A DNA stretch of 64,000 nucleotides from an uncultured Rivularia sp. (GTDB lineage: Bacteria > Cyanobacteriota > Cyanobacteriia > Cyanobacteriales > Nostocaceae): positions 6,592,001-6,656,000 of the forward strand of contig OY762007.1 of the NCBI GenBank assembly GCA_963665115.1, written 5' to 3'. The stretch's first letter is position 1, and each line of letters starts with the position of its first letter. Below are positions 31,581 to 40,471 of this stretch, in pieces. The position numbers were made by a program, and so were the translations under genes. Below the pieces are notes generated by a model. The model made no database searches. It was given only the letters and a program-made list of their open reading frames with translations, and was not told the origin of the DNA.

Positions 31581-32645
31581 ATGACAATTGATGAATTATA
31601 TGAATTAAAACAAGAATTATTAACTAAATTAGCAAATTATGGAGTTGAATGGGATTTTGATTCAGAAAAGCTAATTGTGGATGATTTAAAACATATGCAA
31701 AAACAATTAGCTGAACATACTAATTTACGAGGTTTAAAATATGAAAGTAAATTCAAAAACTATTTAGCTAAACCTCAAGAAATAGATATTCTTAAAATTA
31801 ATCCTTATTTAAAAGTTGTCAAAACTCAAGCAGAAAGAGAGCTTTGGGCTTATGCCACCTCTTTTTGGTCAATTCCAGTTACAAATGGCTATGGGAGAAG
31901 AATTCGTTTTTTAGTATTTGACGAACAAAATAATAAATTAATCGGTATTTTAGGATTAAGTGACCCTATTATTGGTTTAGGAATAAGAGATAAATATATT
32001 GGCTGGACAAAAGAGCAGAGATTGCAAAGATTATATAATTGCATGACTGCGTATATTTCAGGCGCAGTACCACCTTATAACTTAGCTCTTGGAAGCAAGT
32101 TAATTGCTTTGTGTTTAATGTTTCCAGAAATTAGAAGAGTTTTTCATGATAAATATAAAGATAAGATATCTCTTATTTCTGGTCAAAATAAAAAAGCTAA
32201 TCTTGTCTATATAGATACTTTAGGAGCTTTTGGAAAGTCTGCGATATACACTCGTTTAATGAATTGGAAATTTATTGGTTATACAAAAGGTCAAAGTCAT
32301 TTACATATAACAGCTAATGGAAGTTGGGAATTAATTAAAAAAGCTGTTCCTGAAGATTTTTTTAATACTTACAAATTTGGTCAAGGTCCTAATTGGAAAA
32401 TGAGAGTTCTAAAAAAAGGGCTTAGAGAATTAGGATTTTCAGAACATATGTTAAGTATTGGCTGGCAAAGAGGATATTATAGTTGCCCTTTAGCTGATAA
32501 TTGGCAAGAATATCTTTCAGGAGAATCTAATCAACCACAATGGAAAAAATTTAGCAAAACTGAATTAATCGAATATTGGAAAAATAGATGGATTATTCCG
32601 AGATTAGAAAAGTTAGAGCATAATTTAGAAAAATTGATTCTATAA
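31581..32645 (+). CDS. DUF4338 / Druantia DruA-like protein
   Basis: WSIPVTNGYGRRIRFLVFD....KLIGILGLSDP....IRD.YIGW, GAVPPYN..LG.KL.A and FGQGPNWK resemble DruA motifs as I recall them. Confidence 0.7.
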   Translation: MTIDELYELKQELLTKLANYGVEWDFDSEKLIVDDLKHMQKQLAEHTNLRGLKYESKFKNYLAKPQEIDILKINPYLKVVKTQAERELWAYATSFWSIPVTNGYGRRIRFLVFDEQNNKLIGILGLSDPIIGLGIRDKYIGWTKEQRLQRLYNCMTAYISGAVPPYNLALGSKLIALCLMFPEIRRVFHDKYKDKISLISGQNKKANLVYIDTLGAFGKSAIYTRLMNWKFIGYTKGQSHLHITANGSWELIKKAVPEDFFNTYKFGQGPNWKMRVLKKGLRELGFSEHMLSIGWQRGYYSCPLADNWQEYLSGESNQPQWKKFSKTELIEYWKNRWIIPRLEKLEHNLEKLIL

Positions 32646-32648
32646 TCC

Positions 32649-33044
32649 CTACTTCCAAGCTCTCACCTTCCCATCCTTATGAACTTTCGCAATAAAAGGT
32701 GCTGCTGTTTTGTTAAAAAAGCGCTTCATCGAAGGTACTGCTTGGGCAAATATCTCTGCCATTTCGCTACCGGATAAATTACCTGAAACCAAAACGAACA
32801 TACAAGCACCGGAATTTTGAACAGCCATCATTTCTAAACGTCGATGGGCAATTTTTTTATCAGCAGTCAAAATTATCCAACCCTTTGATGCTACTACAGG
32901 CAACCAATCTGTATCGGGAGTTGCTTGGTTAAAATGGTTGTCGTGAATCTCGACTAATTCACCTATATCTATTAAAGCATTAACAACATGAGTTTTTCCC
33001 AAAGAACGATCGATAAAAAATATAATTTCAAGTTTTTCACTCAT
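32649..33044 (-). CDS. PIN-like toxin (VapC45/PIN_10 type)
   Basis: FFIDRSLG, H..HF....PD.DWL, GWIILTADKKI; 4-nt overlap with the DUF433 gene. Confidence 0.8.
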   Translation of the reverse strand: MSEKLEIIFFIDRSLGKTHVVNALIDIGELVEIHDNHFNQATPDTDWLPVVASKGWIILTADKKIAHRRLEMMAVQNSGACMFVLVSGNLSGSEMAEIFAQAVPSMKRFFNKTAAPFIAKVHKDGKVRAWK

Positions 33045-33742
33045 GCAGCTAATGCCAATTCATAACGGATAGCTTCTTCTACTTTCAAGCGATCGCACTT
33101 ATAATCTAGTGCCAAATCATCAATTGATTCTCCAGCACCATACCTTCCTACCAATATACTAGTTGGTATTCCCGTTCCTTCTAAAACAGGTTGTCCAAAG
33201 GATACTAAAGGATTTATAACAATCAACTTTGGCGTTGCAGTTTCTTTTGTGCGAGTAAAAGGATAAAGTGTAGTCGGTAAATCATCTTCATCCCATTCAA
33301 TTCTTTTTAAATAAATTTGCACAATTTCTGGTATGACTAACTGTCCACTTTTTGAAGTATTTACCAAATATCCCAACTGTTCAATAAATAAATCTATTCC
33401 ATCGGTATAAAGCTTTTTGTTAGCAAGAGGATGTTGCATTCCCGTGTGGCTTTGAAGATATGAAACCCCAAGTCTTACCTTTTCTAAAGGTACTTTATGA
33501 TAGCGTCGAATAGCATTAAGAACGTGTAATTCGATCAAATTAGTGAAAGACAATAATCGTTCGTGTGGCTCTGGAATAGTAATAATTGGCTCGAAACGTT
33601 TTGAACCGGCTTTAGTTCGATATCGAGCGCCAAATACCCAAGAACGCACGGTAGAATATGGTACGCGCAAATGGTGTACTGCTTCTGCTACGCTATAAGT
33701 CCCAATGTTGCGGGGATCTTTACCTTGATAAAGCTTGCTCAA
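33041..33742 (-). CDS. DUF433-domain antitoxin (VapB45 type)
   Basis: N-terminal HTH (YSVAEA...VPYSTVRSW), LSFTNLIEL, C-terminal INPLVSFGQPVLEGTGIPT...GESIDDLA.DY. Confidence 0.85.
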   Translation of the reverse strand: MSKLYQGKDPRNIGTYSVAEAVHHLRVPYSTVRSWVFGARYRTKAGSKRFEPIITIPEPHERLLSFTNLIELHVLNAIRRYHKVPLEKVRLGVSYLQSHTGMQHPLANKKLYTDGIDLFIEQLGYLVNTSKSGQLVIPEIVQIYLKRIEWDEDDLPTTLYPFTRTKETATPKLIVINPLVSFGQPVLEGTGIPTSILVGRYGAGESIDDLALDYKCDRLKVEEAIRYELALAA

Positions 33743-33802
33743 CAGTTAATCTCCATCTACCTGTTATATTTTTTTATTTTAAAGCTTAATTGTTGCTTTA
33801 AC

Positions 33803-34417
33803 TCAAAACTCAACATCATCAATCAATTCTGCCAAAGCCGACTGTTGATTATCTGCTGATAAATTATCAAATACTTGATTTAAAACATCTGGAGATACAT
33901 TATTCACAAACCAATCATCGCCGGGATTTTCTTGAATATCTAAAAAATATTTTAAGCGTTCTTCTATAGCTTGCTTATCACCTTTATCTATTTGTCCAAT
34001 TCTAGTTAACCAATCACCGCTATCATCTTTAAAACAACTTGCATCAACAGTGAATATCTGATGAGCTAAAGCAAAAGATTGTTTTTCAAATCCATTACTC
34101 TTTGTGGGATTAATTGGGTAAGCTGTTGGTAAACCTTTATTCTTTTCTAAAATACTGAAAGTTAAAGGAATTGCAGTAAAAGTATCTATATAGTTGACAC
34201 CGTTTTTAAATTTATCGGATTCCCAGATGATATAAGCCTGTTCTCTGCGAAATAGCATACTATAGTTAATTATTTGTCTGCAATCACCAGTTTTACAGGA
34301 AATTTTATCCGGTTTATCTAATTTATAAAAGTGAAGATGATCGAGTTTACAACGAAGAAATACGCGGTAGGGATTTATTAAATATATCCAACCTTGTCTA
34401 GGTTTGTTTCCAGCCAC
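33803..34417 (-). CDS. PemK/MazF-like toxin with an insertion
   Basis: PRQGWIYLI, TAIPLT, NGFEKQSFALAHQIFTVD, RIGQI......IEERL; GTG start. Confidence 0.65.
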   Translation of the reverse strand: MAGNKPRQGWIYLINPYRVFLRCKLDHLHFYKLDKPDKISCKTGDCRQIINYSMLFRREQAYIIWESDKFKNGVNYIDTFTAIPLTFSILEKNKGLPTAYPINPTKSNGFEKQSFALAHQIFTVDASCFKDDSGDWLTRIGQIDKGDKQAIEERLKYFLDIQENPGDDWFVNNVSPDVLNQVFDNLSADNQQSALAELIDDVEF

Positions 34418-34426
34418 TTGATAATC

Positions 34427-34909
34427 CTAATTCAGTTCACTAACTAATTTTTCTCGCTCTAATTGCAGGTTAAGTTTAACTTTTTCTTCTGGTTTATGTT
34501 TCTCTTTAACCTCAACCATTGGAGCAGTACTATACACATAATCTGATAACTGCTTAATTTTATCTTGTCCGGAACCAGACCATTCTCTTCTAATATTATC
34601 AATAATTAATTTTAAGCTAACAGGTAACTGTAGATCGTCGATATTACCTGCTTTTGAACCAAGTTTAATAAACGTAGTATTGTATTCAGTTTCTAAATTA
34701 ATTTCTTTACCATTCATTTTATCCAAAGCAGAATTTATATCTTCATCCCAAGGACCTAAATGATAATAATACCAATTTAGTTGAGTCAGTTGTTTACTTG
34801 TCCACTTCACTGCATAAAGGTCAGCTAAATACAAAAACCGGATCAGCTGTATTTTACTAATATGACCTTTTGTTGCGTATGCAAAGTATTTTATCAGTTT
34901 GTCTAACAT
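34427..34909 (-). CDS. Panacea (DUF4065/SocA)-like antitoxin
   Basis: KIQLIRFLYLADL.......LT...WYYYHLGPW and YVYSTAPM; directly upstream of the MazF-like gene. Confidence 0.7.
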   Translation of the reverse strand: MLDKLIKYFAYATKGHISKIQLIRFLYLADLYAVKWTSKQLTQLNWYYYHLGPWDEDINSALDKMNGKEINLETEYNTTFIKLGSKAGNIDDLQLPVSLKLIIDNIRREWSGSGQDKIKQLSDYVYSTAPMVEVKEKHKPEEKVKLNLQLEREKLVSELN

Positions 34910-34983
34910 TGCTTTTAGCTATGCATTGTATAGGTTAGATATACCACAATAGTTTCAAAGTATAAGTTGATTTAATGCATTAA

Positions 34984-35382
34984 TCAAATAAACAATCCAA
35001 CATCAGTATTAAAAAAATCACCCAAAGCTTTTGCTTGTGCTTTGCTAATTTCTCGCTTCCCATTAATAATTTCTGATACTACACCACTAGAACCAATTAC
35101 ATCAATTAAATCTGCTTGTTTCAAACCACGAACTTCCATCAAATGCAGAAGCATCGACAATGGAGTTGTTTCACCCATCGGATATGCATCATTTTCATAT
35201 TTTTCTATTAATGCAATCAATAATTCATATAAAGCTGATTCTTCCGATGTTCTATTATTTTTGTGTGCCAGTTCCTCCGCTATTGCTATCGCTTGTTCAT
35301 TTTCCGCGTCATTTGTAATTACTTTCGGTTGGTATTTACCTAACAACTGAGCGTAAGTTTCTCGATTAAAAGTAAGGGTCAT
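34984..35382 (-). CDS. higA: HigA-family antitoxin
   Basis: LIEKYE...YP, LMEVRGLKQADL....GSSGVVSEIINGKREIS. Confidence 0.85.
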   Translation of the reverse strand: MTLTFNRETYAQLLGKYQPKVITNDAENEQAIAIAEELAHKNNRTSEESALYELLIALIEKYENDAYPMGETTPLSMLLHLMEVRGLKQADLIDVIGSSGVVSEIINGKREISKAQAKALGDFFNTDVGLFI

Positions 35383-35665
35383 TTTTCCACTTGTCTTTAT
35401 CGTATTCGGCGTGAGTTAAAATATATTTTACAAAAATAGTCTGGTCTACATATACAATATCTACAATTAGCCGATATGTATTACCTTTGATATTGAAAAC
35501 AGTCAAATTCCCTACTGATTCAGCAGTGGAATATATTGCTTGCACCTCGATTAAATTAGTCCATTTTGCTTTACTAACAAATTTGTACCAATTATTTAAA
35601 GCTTCGTAGGAATCGGGATGAGTACCCCAAAAATCCCGAAGTTTTTTACGACTAATTATATGCAT
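35366..35665 (-). CDS. higB: HigB-family mRNA interferase
   Basis: MHIISRKKLRDFW..HP, VFNIKGNTYRLIV, THAEYDK; toxin-first order. Confidence 0.9.
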   Translation of the reverse strand: MHIISRKKLRDFWGTHPDSYEALNNWYKFVSKAKWTNLIEVQAIYSTAESVGNLTVFNIKGNTYRLIVDIVYVDQTIFVKYILTHAEYDKDKWKNDPYF

Positions 35666-35691
35666 CCTAATTTATTTATCTCCAAACTATG

Positions 35692-35717
35692 CTCTCAAAA
35701 TGAGAGGAAGCTGTCAA
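35692..35717 (-). promoter_or_regulatory. Probable higBA operator palindrome next to a -35 box
   Basis: CTCTCA-aaa-TGAGAG palindrome with TTGACA on the minus strand at 35717-35712. Confidence 0.5.
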
Positions 35718-35750
35718 GTATAAGTTTTAGGAAGGTTTATATCACTAGTC

Positions 35751-36006
35751 GTAGATTGGGTTAGACACGTTAGCGTTCACGCGGAGCGTGCAGTTCAGCG
35801 TGTCCCGGAGGACATAAAGCAATTTGATTTGTAAGAATAATTTATGTTTTCGTGTCGTAACCCAACATCATAAATGTGGATAAGCAATATTATTTTTAAC
35901 AGAATGTAGAATGTTGGAAAATACCTACAAATTGATCTTGGGTTACGACGCTTTCATCACTTTGAGTTGGCAACGATATTTGCGAAATGCGTCTAACCCA
36001 ACCTAC
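35751..36006. mobile_element. Inverted REP doublet (REPIN-like)
   Basis: Outer IR GTAGATTGGGTTAGAC / GTCTAACCCAACCTAC (15/16 match); inner IR GTCGTAACCCAA (35854-35865) / TTGGGTTACGAC (35938-35949). Confidence 0.7.
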
Positions 36007-36054
36007 AAACTGTTAACTCAACATTGATAATTGATAACTGTTAATTGATAACTA

Positions 36055-38292
36055 CTAACTGTTAAACCGATACATTATCACCTTAGCTTTCGCATCTTCT
36101 TCAACAAATACCAAATATTCGCCATTTTTACGTCGAAAAGCACGTACACCATAAGGTATATCAACCCAACCAGTTTCCCCGAAGACTTCTGCACCGGGTT
36201 TCAAAATCTTCACTTGTCTTCCCGTCTTCGCATCATAAACGTAAACTTCGGCTTTTTTCACCGTCACAGCAAATACGTAATCTCCCGCTATACTCATAGC
36301 TGCTGGATTTAAAACTTCCGGAGGTGCGCTTCTATCTACGGGAAGCACTATGCGATATTTTGGTTTACGGTTTCCTTTGCTCCAGTTGTCGTAACGAGCG
36401 ATTTCCGAGCCGATTAATTTCGCGTAATCGTTGTTAATTGCAGGATTGTCTGGGGTGTAACCGGATAAATACATGGTGTCGGTTTCGGGAAAATATTCTA
36501 TTCTGCGTAAGTCTCCAAATATTTTGGGATGATTGATTTTTTCCATTTTGCTGTAGCTGTAGATGGGGTTGCCATTTTTATCCAATCCCTGTAGAGGAAA
36601 ATGACGAATCCCAACACCATCTTGAGTACGTAAACTTTTCCAAATATCGCCTTTACTATCTACCCACCATCCACCAATATAAGGATGGTCTTCACTTTTA
36701 TCGTATTCGTTGCTTTCAAATTTACCGTTACCGTTTTTATCGCGCCAAATCCATTCACCGGAAGTTGGTTGAAAGGGGGGAAAATCACCTTCTATAGCTT
36801 GTTTCCCATCTGGATGAGTACCGATAAACATTCCTGAAGGTATGGCAATTTCACCATCGGTTTGCTTGTTAAAACGGAAAATTTGCAGCTTTCCACCGTA
36901 CATATCCGTTAGAAACAGAAATTTTTTACCTTGAATGCGACGTACAAAAGGCGCGTCTGAGGGAATATGCAAGCGGGGATCTTGAGGATATTTGAAAGCG
37001 TTTAATGTATAACCTTTGTAAGTTGCTTCCTTCCCAGCTTGCTTGCTGTAATCCATTGTGAAGCGTTCGTTTTTGGTATATACATCCAAGCCGTTTGTTG
37101 ATGGATCTACATCGGCATTATCAAGGAATTGTAATCCCAATAATTTCCACTGTAATTCACCCGATGGGGAAAAACTGCGTAAATCTACTCCCGAACGTTC
37201 AAACCCGTCATTACTAACGTAAATATTACCCCGGCTATCGCTACCAACTCCCGAAATACCGTAAAATTTTAAATCTTTAACTTCTCCAGGAATCCCCGCA
37301 TAAATTCCACCTTTGACACCGAAAGTTCCAACTTGTTTTGGCTTATTCTTAATATCGTAAATTAGAATTTGCTGGCGATCGCCATTTTCTGCAACTAAAA
37401 GTCTACCGCGATTATCAATAGCAACTGCACTGGGATTTTGGAAATTAGAAATACGATACGCTAAGGGCTTTCCTTGTTTTGAATAATTTACAACTTTGTT
37501 ATTTTGGATTATCCATAAATTACCTGTCTTATCGACAGCAATATTTCCGGGTTTTGTGAAATTAAAACTACGTAACTCCTGCATCGTATCGGTATTATAG
37601 ACGCGCACCTTATTCGCTGCATTATCGCTGACAAATAATTCTTTACCGACAGTTGCCAGCCCAGTTAGTTCATCTTTTTGACTAACAATTAACATACTTT
37701 TATCCCACCCCTTGCCATTTGGGAAAGGAGCAGTTTTACCCGTTAAATCATACCTTCTTACACAATACCAATTCGTTCCTTTTGGTGGGAAACCATCTTT
37801 CTTTTGCTCGATCCCTGATTGTTCCATCGCGACATAGATGTATTTCTTATTGGCAGTAATAGCAACTCCACCGCTTCTTGCCCATCCATGTAAATCTTCA
37901 GCTTTTCCGATTACATCTCCGTTTCGATAAATCCCAACTTCTCTACCTGCTTCATCCCACTCGCTATTCGTATAAATAGTTCCATCCGGAGCCACATACA
38001 TTCCGCTAATTTGAATTTGTACCCATTTATCACCACCACCGAAACTATTTCCAATCCACGAAGTTCTATAGCTATTTGAAGAAGCAGCCGGGGTTATTTT
38101 TCCATCAAAGTGAATTGCAACTATAATCGAAGTCGCTAAAGTAGCGCTTAAAATTAATAGAAATTTCTCAGTTCCACCATATCTAAGACTTCCGCTCTTA
38201 AAGAAATTTTGAAGATGTGAAACAAAAGTTGTTATTTTACTTATTTGACTTTGGACAAATTTGCCAAATTTTGTAACTAATTTATTTTTCAT
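36055..38292 (-). CDS. Membrane-anchored or secreted NHL-repeat / beta-propeller protein
   Basis: 745 aa; hydrophobic anchor; PGNIAVDKTGNLWI, PSAVAIDNRGRLLVAE and GVGSDSRGNIYVS repeats. Confidence 0.75.
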   Translation of the reverse strand: MKNKLVTKFGKFVQSQISKITTFVSHLQNFFKSGSLRYGGTEKFLLILSATLATSIIVAIHFDGKITPAASSNSYRTSWIGNSFGGGDKWVQIQISGMYVAPDGTIYTNSEWDEAGREVGIYRNGDVIGKAEDLHGWARSGGVAITANKKYIYVAMEQSGIEQKKDGFPPKGTNWYCVRRYDLTGKTAPFPNGKGWDKSMLIVSQKDELTGLATVGKELFVSDNAANKVRVYNTDTMQELRSFNFTKPGNIAVDKTGNLWIIQNNKVVNYSKQGKPLAYRISNFQNPSAVAIDNRGRLLVAENGDRQQILIYDIKNKPKQVGTFGVKGGIYAGIPGEVKDLKFYGISGVGSDSRGNIYVSNDGFERSGVDLRSFSPSGELQWKLLGLQFLDNADVDPSTNGLDVYTKNERFTMDYSKQAGKEATYKGYTLNAFKYPQDPRLHIPSDAPFVRRIQGKKFLFLTDMYGGKLQIFRFNKQTDGEIAIPSGMFIGTHPDGKQAIEGDFPPFQPTSGEWIWRDKNGNGKFESNEYDKSEDHPYIGGWWVDSKGDIWKSLRTQDGVGIRHFPLQGLDKNGNPIYSYSKMEKINHPKIFGDLRRIEYFPETDTMYLSGYTPDNPAINNDYAKLIGSEIARYDNWSKGNRKPKYRIVLPVDRSAPPEVLNPAAMSIAGDYVFAVTVKKAEVYVYDAKTGRQVKILKPGAEVFGETGWVDIPYGVRAFRRKNGEYLVFVEEDAKAKVIMYRFNS

Positions 38293-39040
38293 AATCTATC
38301 TTGATTATTAATTATTCCCATTTATAAAGCTATAATCAACTTTATCTATCAAAAATATCGATGCAAACAATAAATATATCCCTTATTTAAGTTTGGCAAT
38401 CTATGGATAAATCATATCTATAAATGCTGTTTCTCTGCAAAATAGCCTATAATCCATATGGAATCATCACAAATAAACCAATTTGGTTAATATCATATTT
38501 GAATTAATTTAAAAGTTTGGATGAGAAATAAGTAAAAATAGTAAAAAGTAAATATTTCATTCCTTTAAATACCTTATACTTCATGTACGGCTACAGCTTT
38601 ATAATTTGGCTTTCATCAACAAGAATAATGATTAATGGCAAAACTTGTATTTGTTTTACACAAAATTTATGAAATTAACACAAGATTTTTAAATAAGGGC
38701 TAATTATTTTCAACATTAAATATCAAAATGGATTGTGTCCTTCATACTTAGGGAATAAGGTTATTCTCTATACATAAATCTAGCGATAAACAAATTCTTT
38801 CTAAATAGCTTCATAGTAATTGATTGCTAATTATTAATAATTTAGAGCCTTGCTATTTAACCAGATGCGTAATTCTATGGAATTATCAATTCTTCAAAAA
38901 ATAGGTGCAAAAAGCTATAAACAAGTTAGAATTAGACGAATTATATGCTTTGAGCAATACATATAGATATTGAAAAAAGCGTATGAGTTAAGCTCTACTA
39001 GACATAAAAACTGAGATTATAGGATATTTTTCTTATTCGT

Positions 39041-40237
39041 ATGGGAGCAGCAAAAGTGATATGTAATGAAAAAAATTATACTTCAGTGAAGCCCGCATCA
39101 ATACTTTGTTTGGGTTTGGGTTGGTTTCCCAAAACTCCTGGAGGCTTGGAAAGGTATGTTTACGATCTGACACTGAGATTAGCAGAGAATAAAGACCAAG
39201 TAGAATTGTGTGGGGTTGGTTTACCAGAGGATGAAACCAACCTGCCCATTAAAATGACAAATTTAGCCGCACCGGATACTCCAATATTGCAAAGATTGTG
39301 GACGGTGAGGAATAACTTTAAAAAAACAAGGATAAATAAGCCAGATGCAATAAACTTGCATTTTGCATTGTATAGCCTGCCAATATTAGACTTAATCCCC
39401 GCAGATGTGCCAATAACCTTTAATTTTCACGGTCCTTGGGCATCAGAATCTCAGGAAGAAGGGCTTGATAACATTACGGCTTTGCTCAAAAAAACTTTAG
39501 TTGAAAAAAGAACTTATAAACGTTGCGATCGCTTCATTGTTTTAAGTAAAGCATTCGGTAATATTCTGCATCAAAAATATCAAATTCCTTGGGGAAAAAT
39601 TCATGTAATCCCCGGTGGAGTAGATATTAATCGCTTCAAACCCGACTTATCGATTACTGAGGCACGTACCAAGTTAGGATGGTCGGTAGAACGTCCAACT
39701 CTATTTACATCCCGGCGTTTAGTACATCGCGTCGGACTTGATAAATTATTAACAGCCATAGCTCAAATTAAACCGAAAATTCCCGATATATATTTGGCGA
39801 TCGCCGGAAGAGGACCGTTACAAAATAGTTTACAGCAACAGGTTACAGAATTGGGACTCGAAAACAACGTTGAATTTTTAGGTTTTCTACCCGACGAACT
39901 TTTACCAGTAGCATATCAAGCAGCAGATTTATCAATAATGCCTTCTCAATCCTTTGAAGGCTTTGGGTTAGCAATAGTAGAATCCCTCGCTTGCGGTACT
40001 CCTGTTATCTGCACCCCCATCGGTGGAATGCCAGAAATCCTCGAACAATTTTCACCCAATTTGATTACAGACTCCATCCAAGTAAACGCCATTGCTAAGA
40101 AATTAGAACAGGTATTTTCGGGAGAAATAACCAAGCCTTCACGACAACAGTGTCGCGAATATGCGGTTGACAACTTTAATTGGGATAAAATTGCTCAAGA
40201 AGTTAGAAAAGTAATATTACGGCAGGAGATTAGGTAG
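39041..40237 (+). CDS. Glycosyltransferase family 4
   Basis: GGLERYV, FHGPW, RRLVHRVGLD, EGFGLAIVESLACGTPVI. Confidence 0.92.
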   Translation: MGAAKVICNEKNYTSVKPASILCLGLGWFPKTPGGLERYVYDLTLRLAENKDQVELCGVGLPEDETNLPIKMTNLAAPDTPILQRLWTVRNNFKKTRINKPDAINLHFALYSLPILDLIPADVPITFNFHGPWASESQEEGLDNITALLKKTLVEKRTYKRCDRFIVLSKAFGNILHQKYQIPWGKIHVIPGGVDINRFKPDLSITEARTKLGWSVERPTLFTSRRLVHRVGLDKLLTAIAQIKPKIPDIYLAIAGRGPLQNSLQQQVTELGLENNVEFLGFLPDELLPVAYQAADLSIMPSQSFEGFGLAIVESLACGTPVICTPIGGMPEILEQFSPNLITDSIQVNAIAKKLEQVFSGEITKPSRQQCREYAVDNFNWDKIAQEVRKVILRQEIR

Positions 40238-40239
40238 AA

Positions 40240-40440
40240 GGGGAGATTATTAAAGTAATGAGTAATGAGTAATGAGTAGTGAGTAGTGAGTAATAAGTAG
40301 TGAGTAAAAATAGACGCAATTAGCAGCGACATTTATGACAATAATAAAAAGTGATTTACTTGCTACTTGCTACTTATTACTCATTACTTGCTACTTGCTA
40401 CTTGCTACTCATTACTCATTACTTGCTACTCCTAACTATT
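40240..40440 (+). repeat. Composite element copy 1 (unique ends, heptamer arms, conserved core)
   Basis: Inverted counterpart of 41668-42001; 40301-40367 is the exact reverse complement of 41769-41835. Confidence 0.85.
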
Positions 40441-40471
40441 TGTTCCCCGTGCCCGTTCCCAATTATAAATT

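Noticed and set aside
28597..32645. Complete Druantia system
   Set aside because: Only a DruA-like gene is present; no DruE-like helicase or other Dru genes were recognised.
27286..36050. Active integrative element or prophage
   Set aside because: No integrase, phage genes or attR copy of the tRNA 3' end found.
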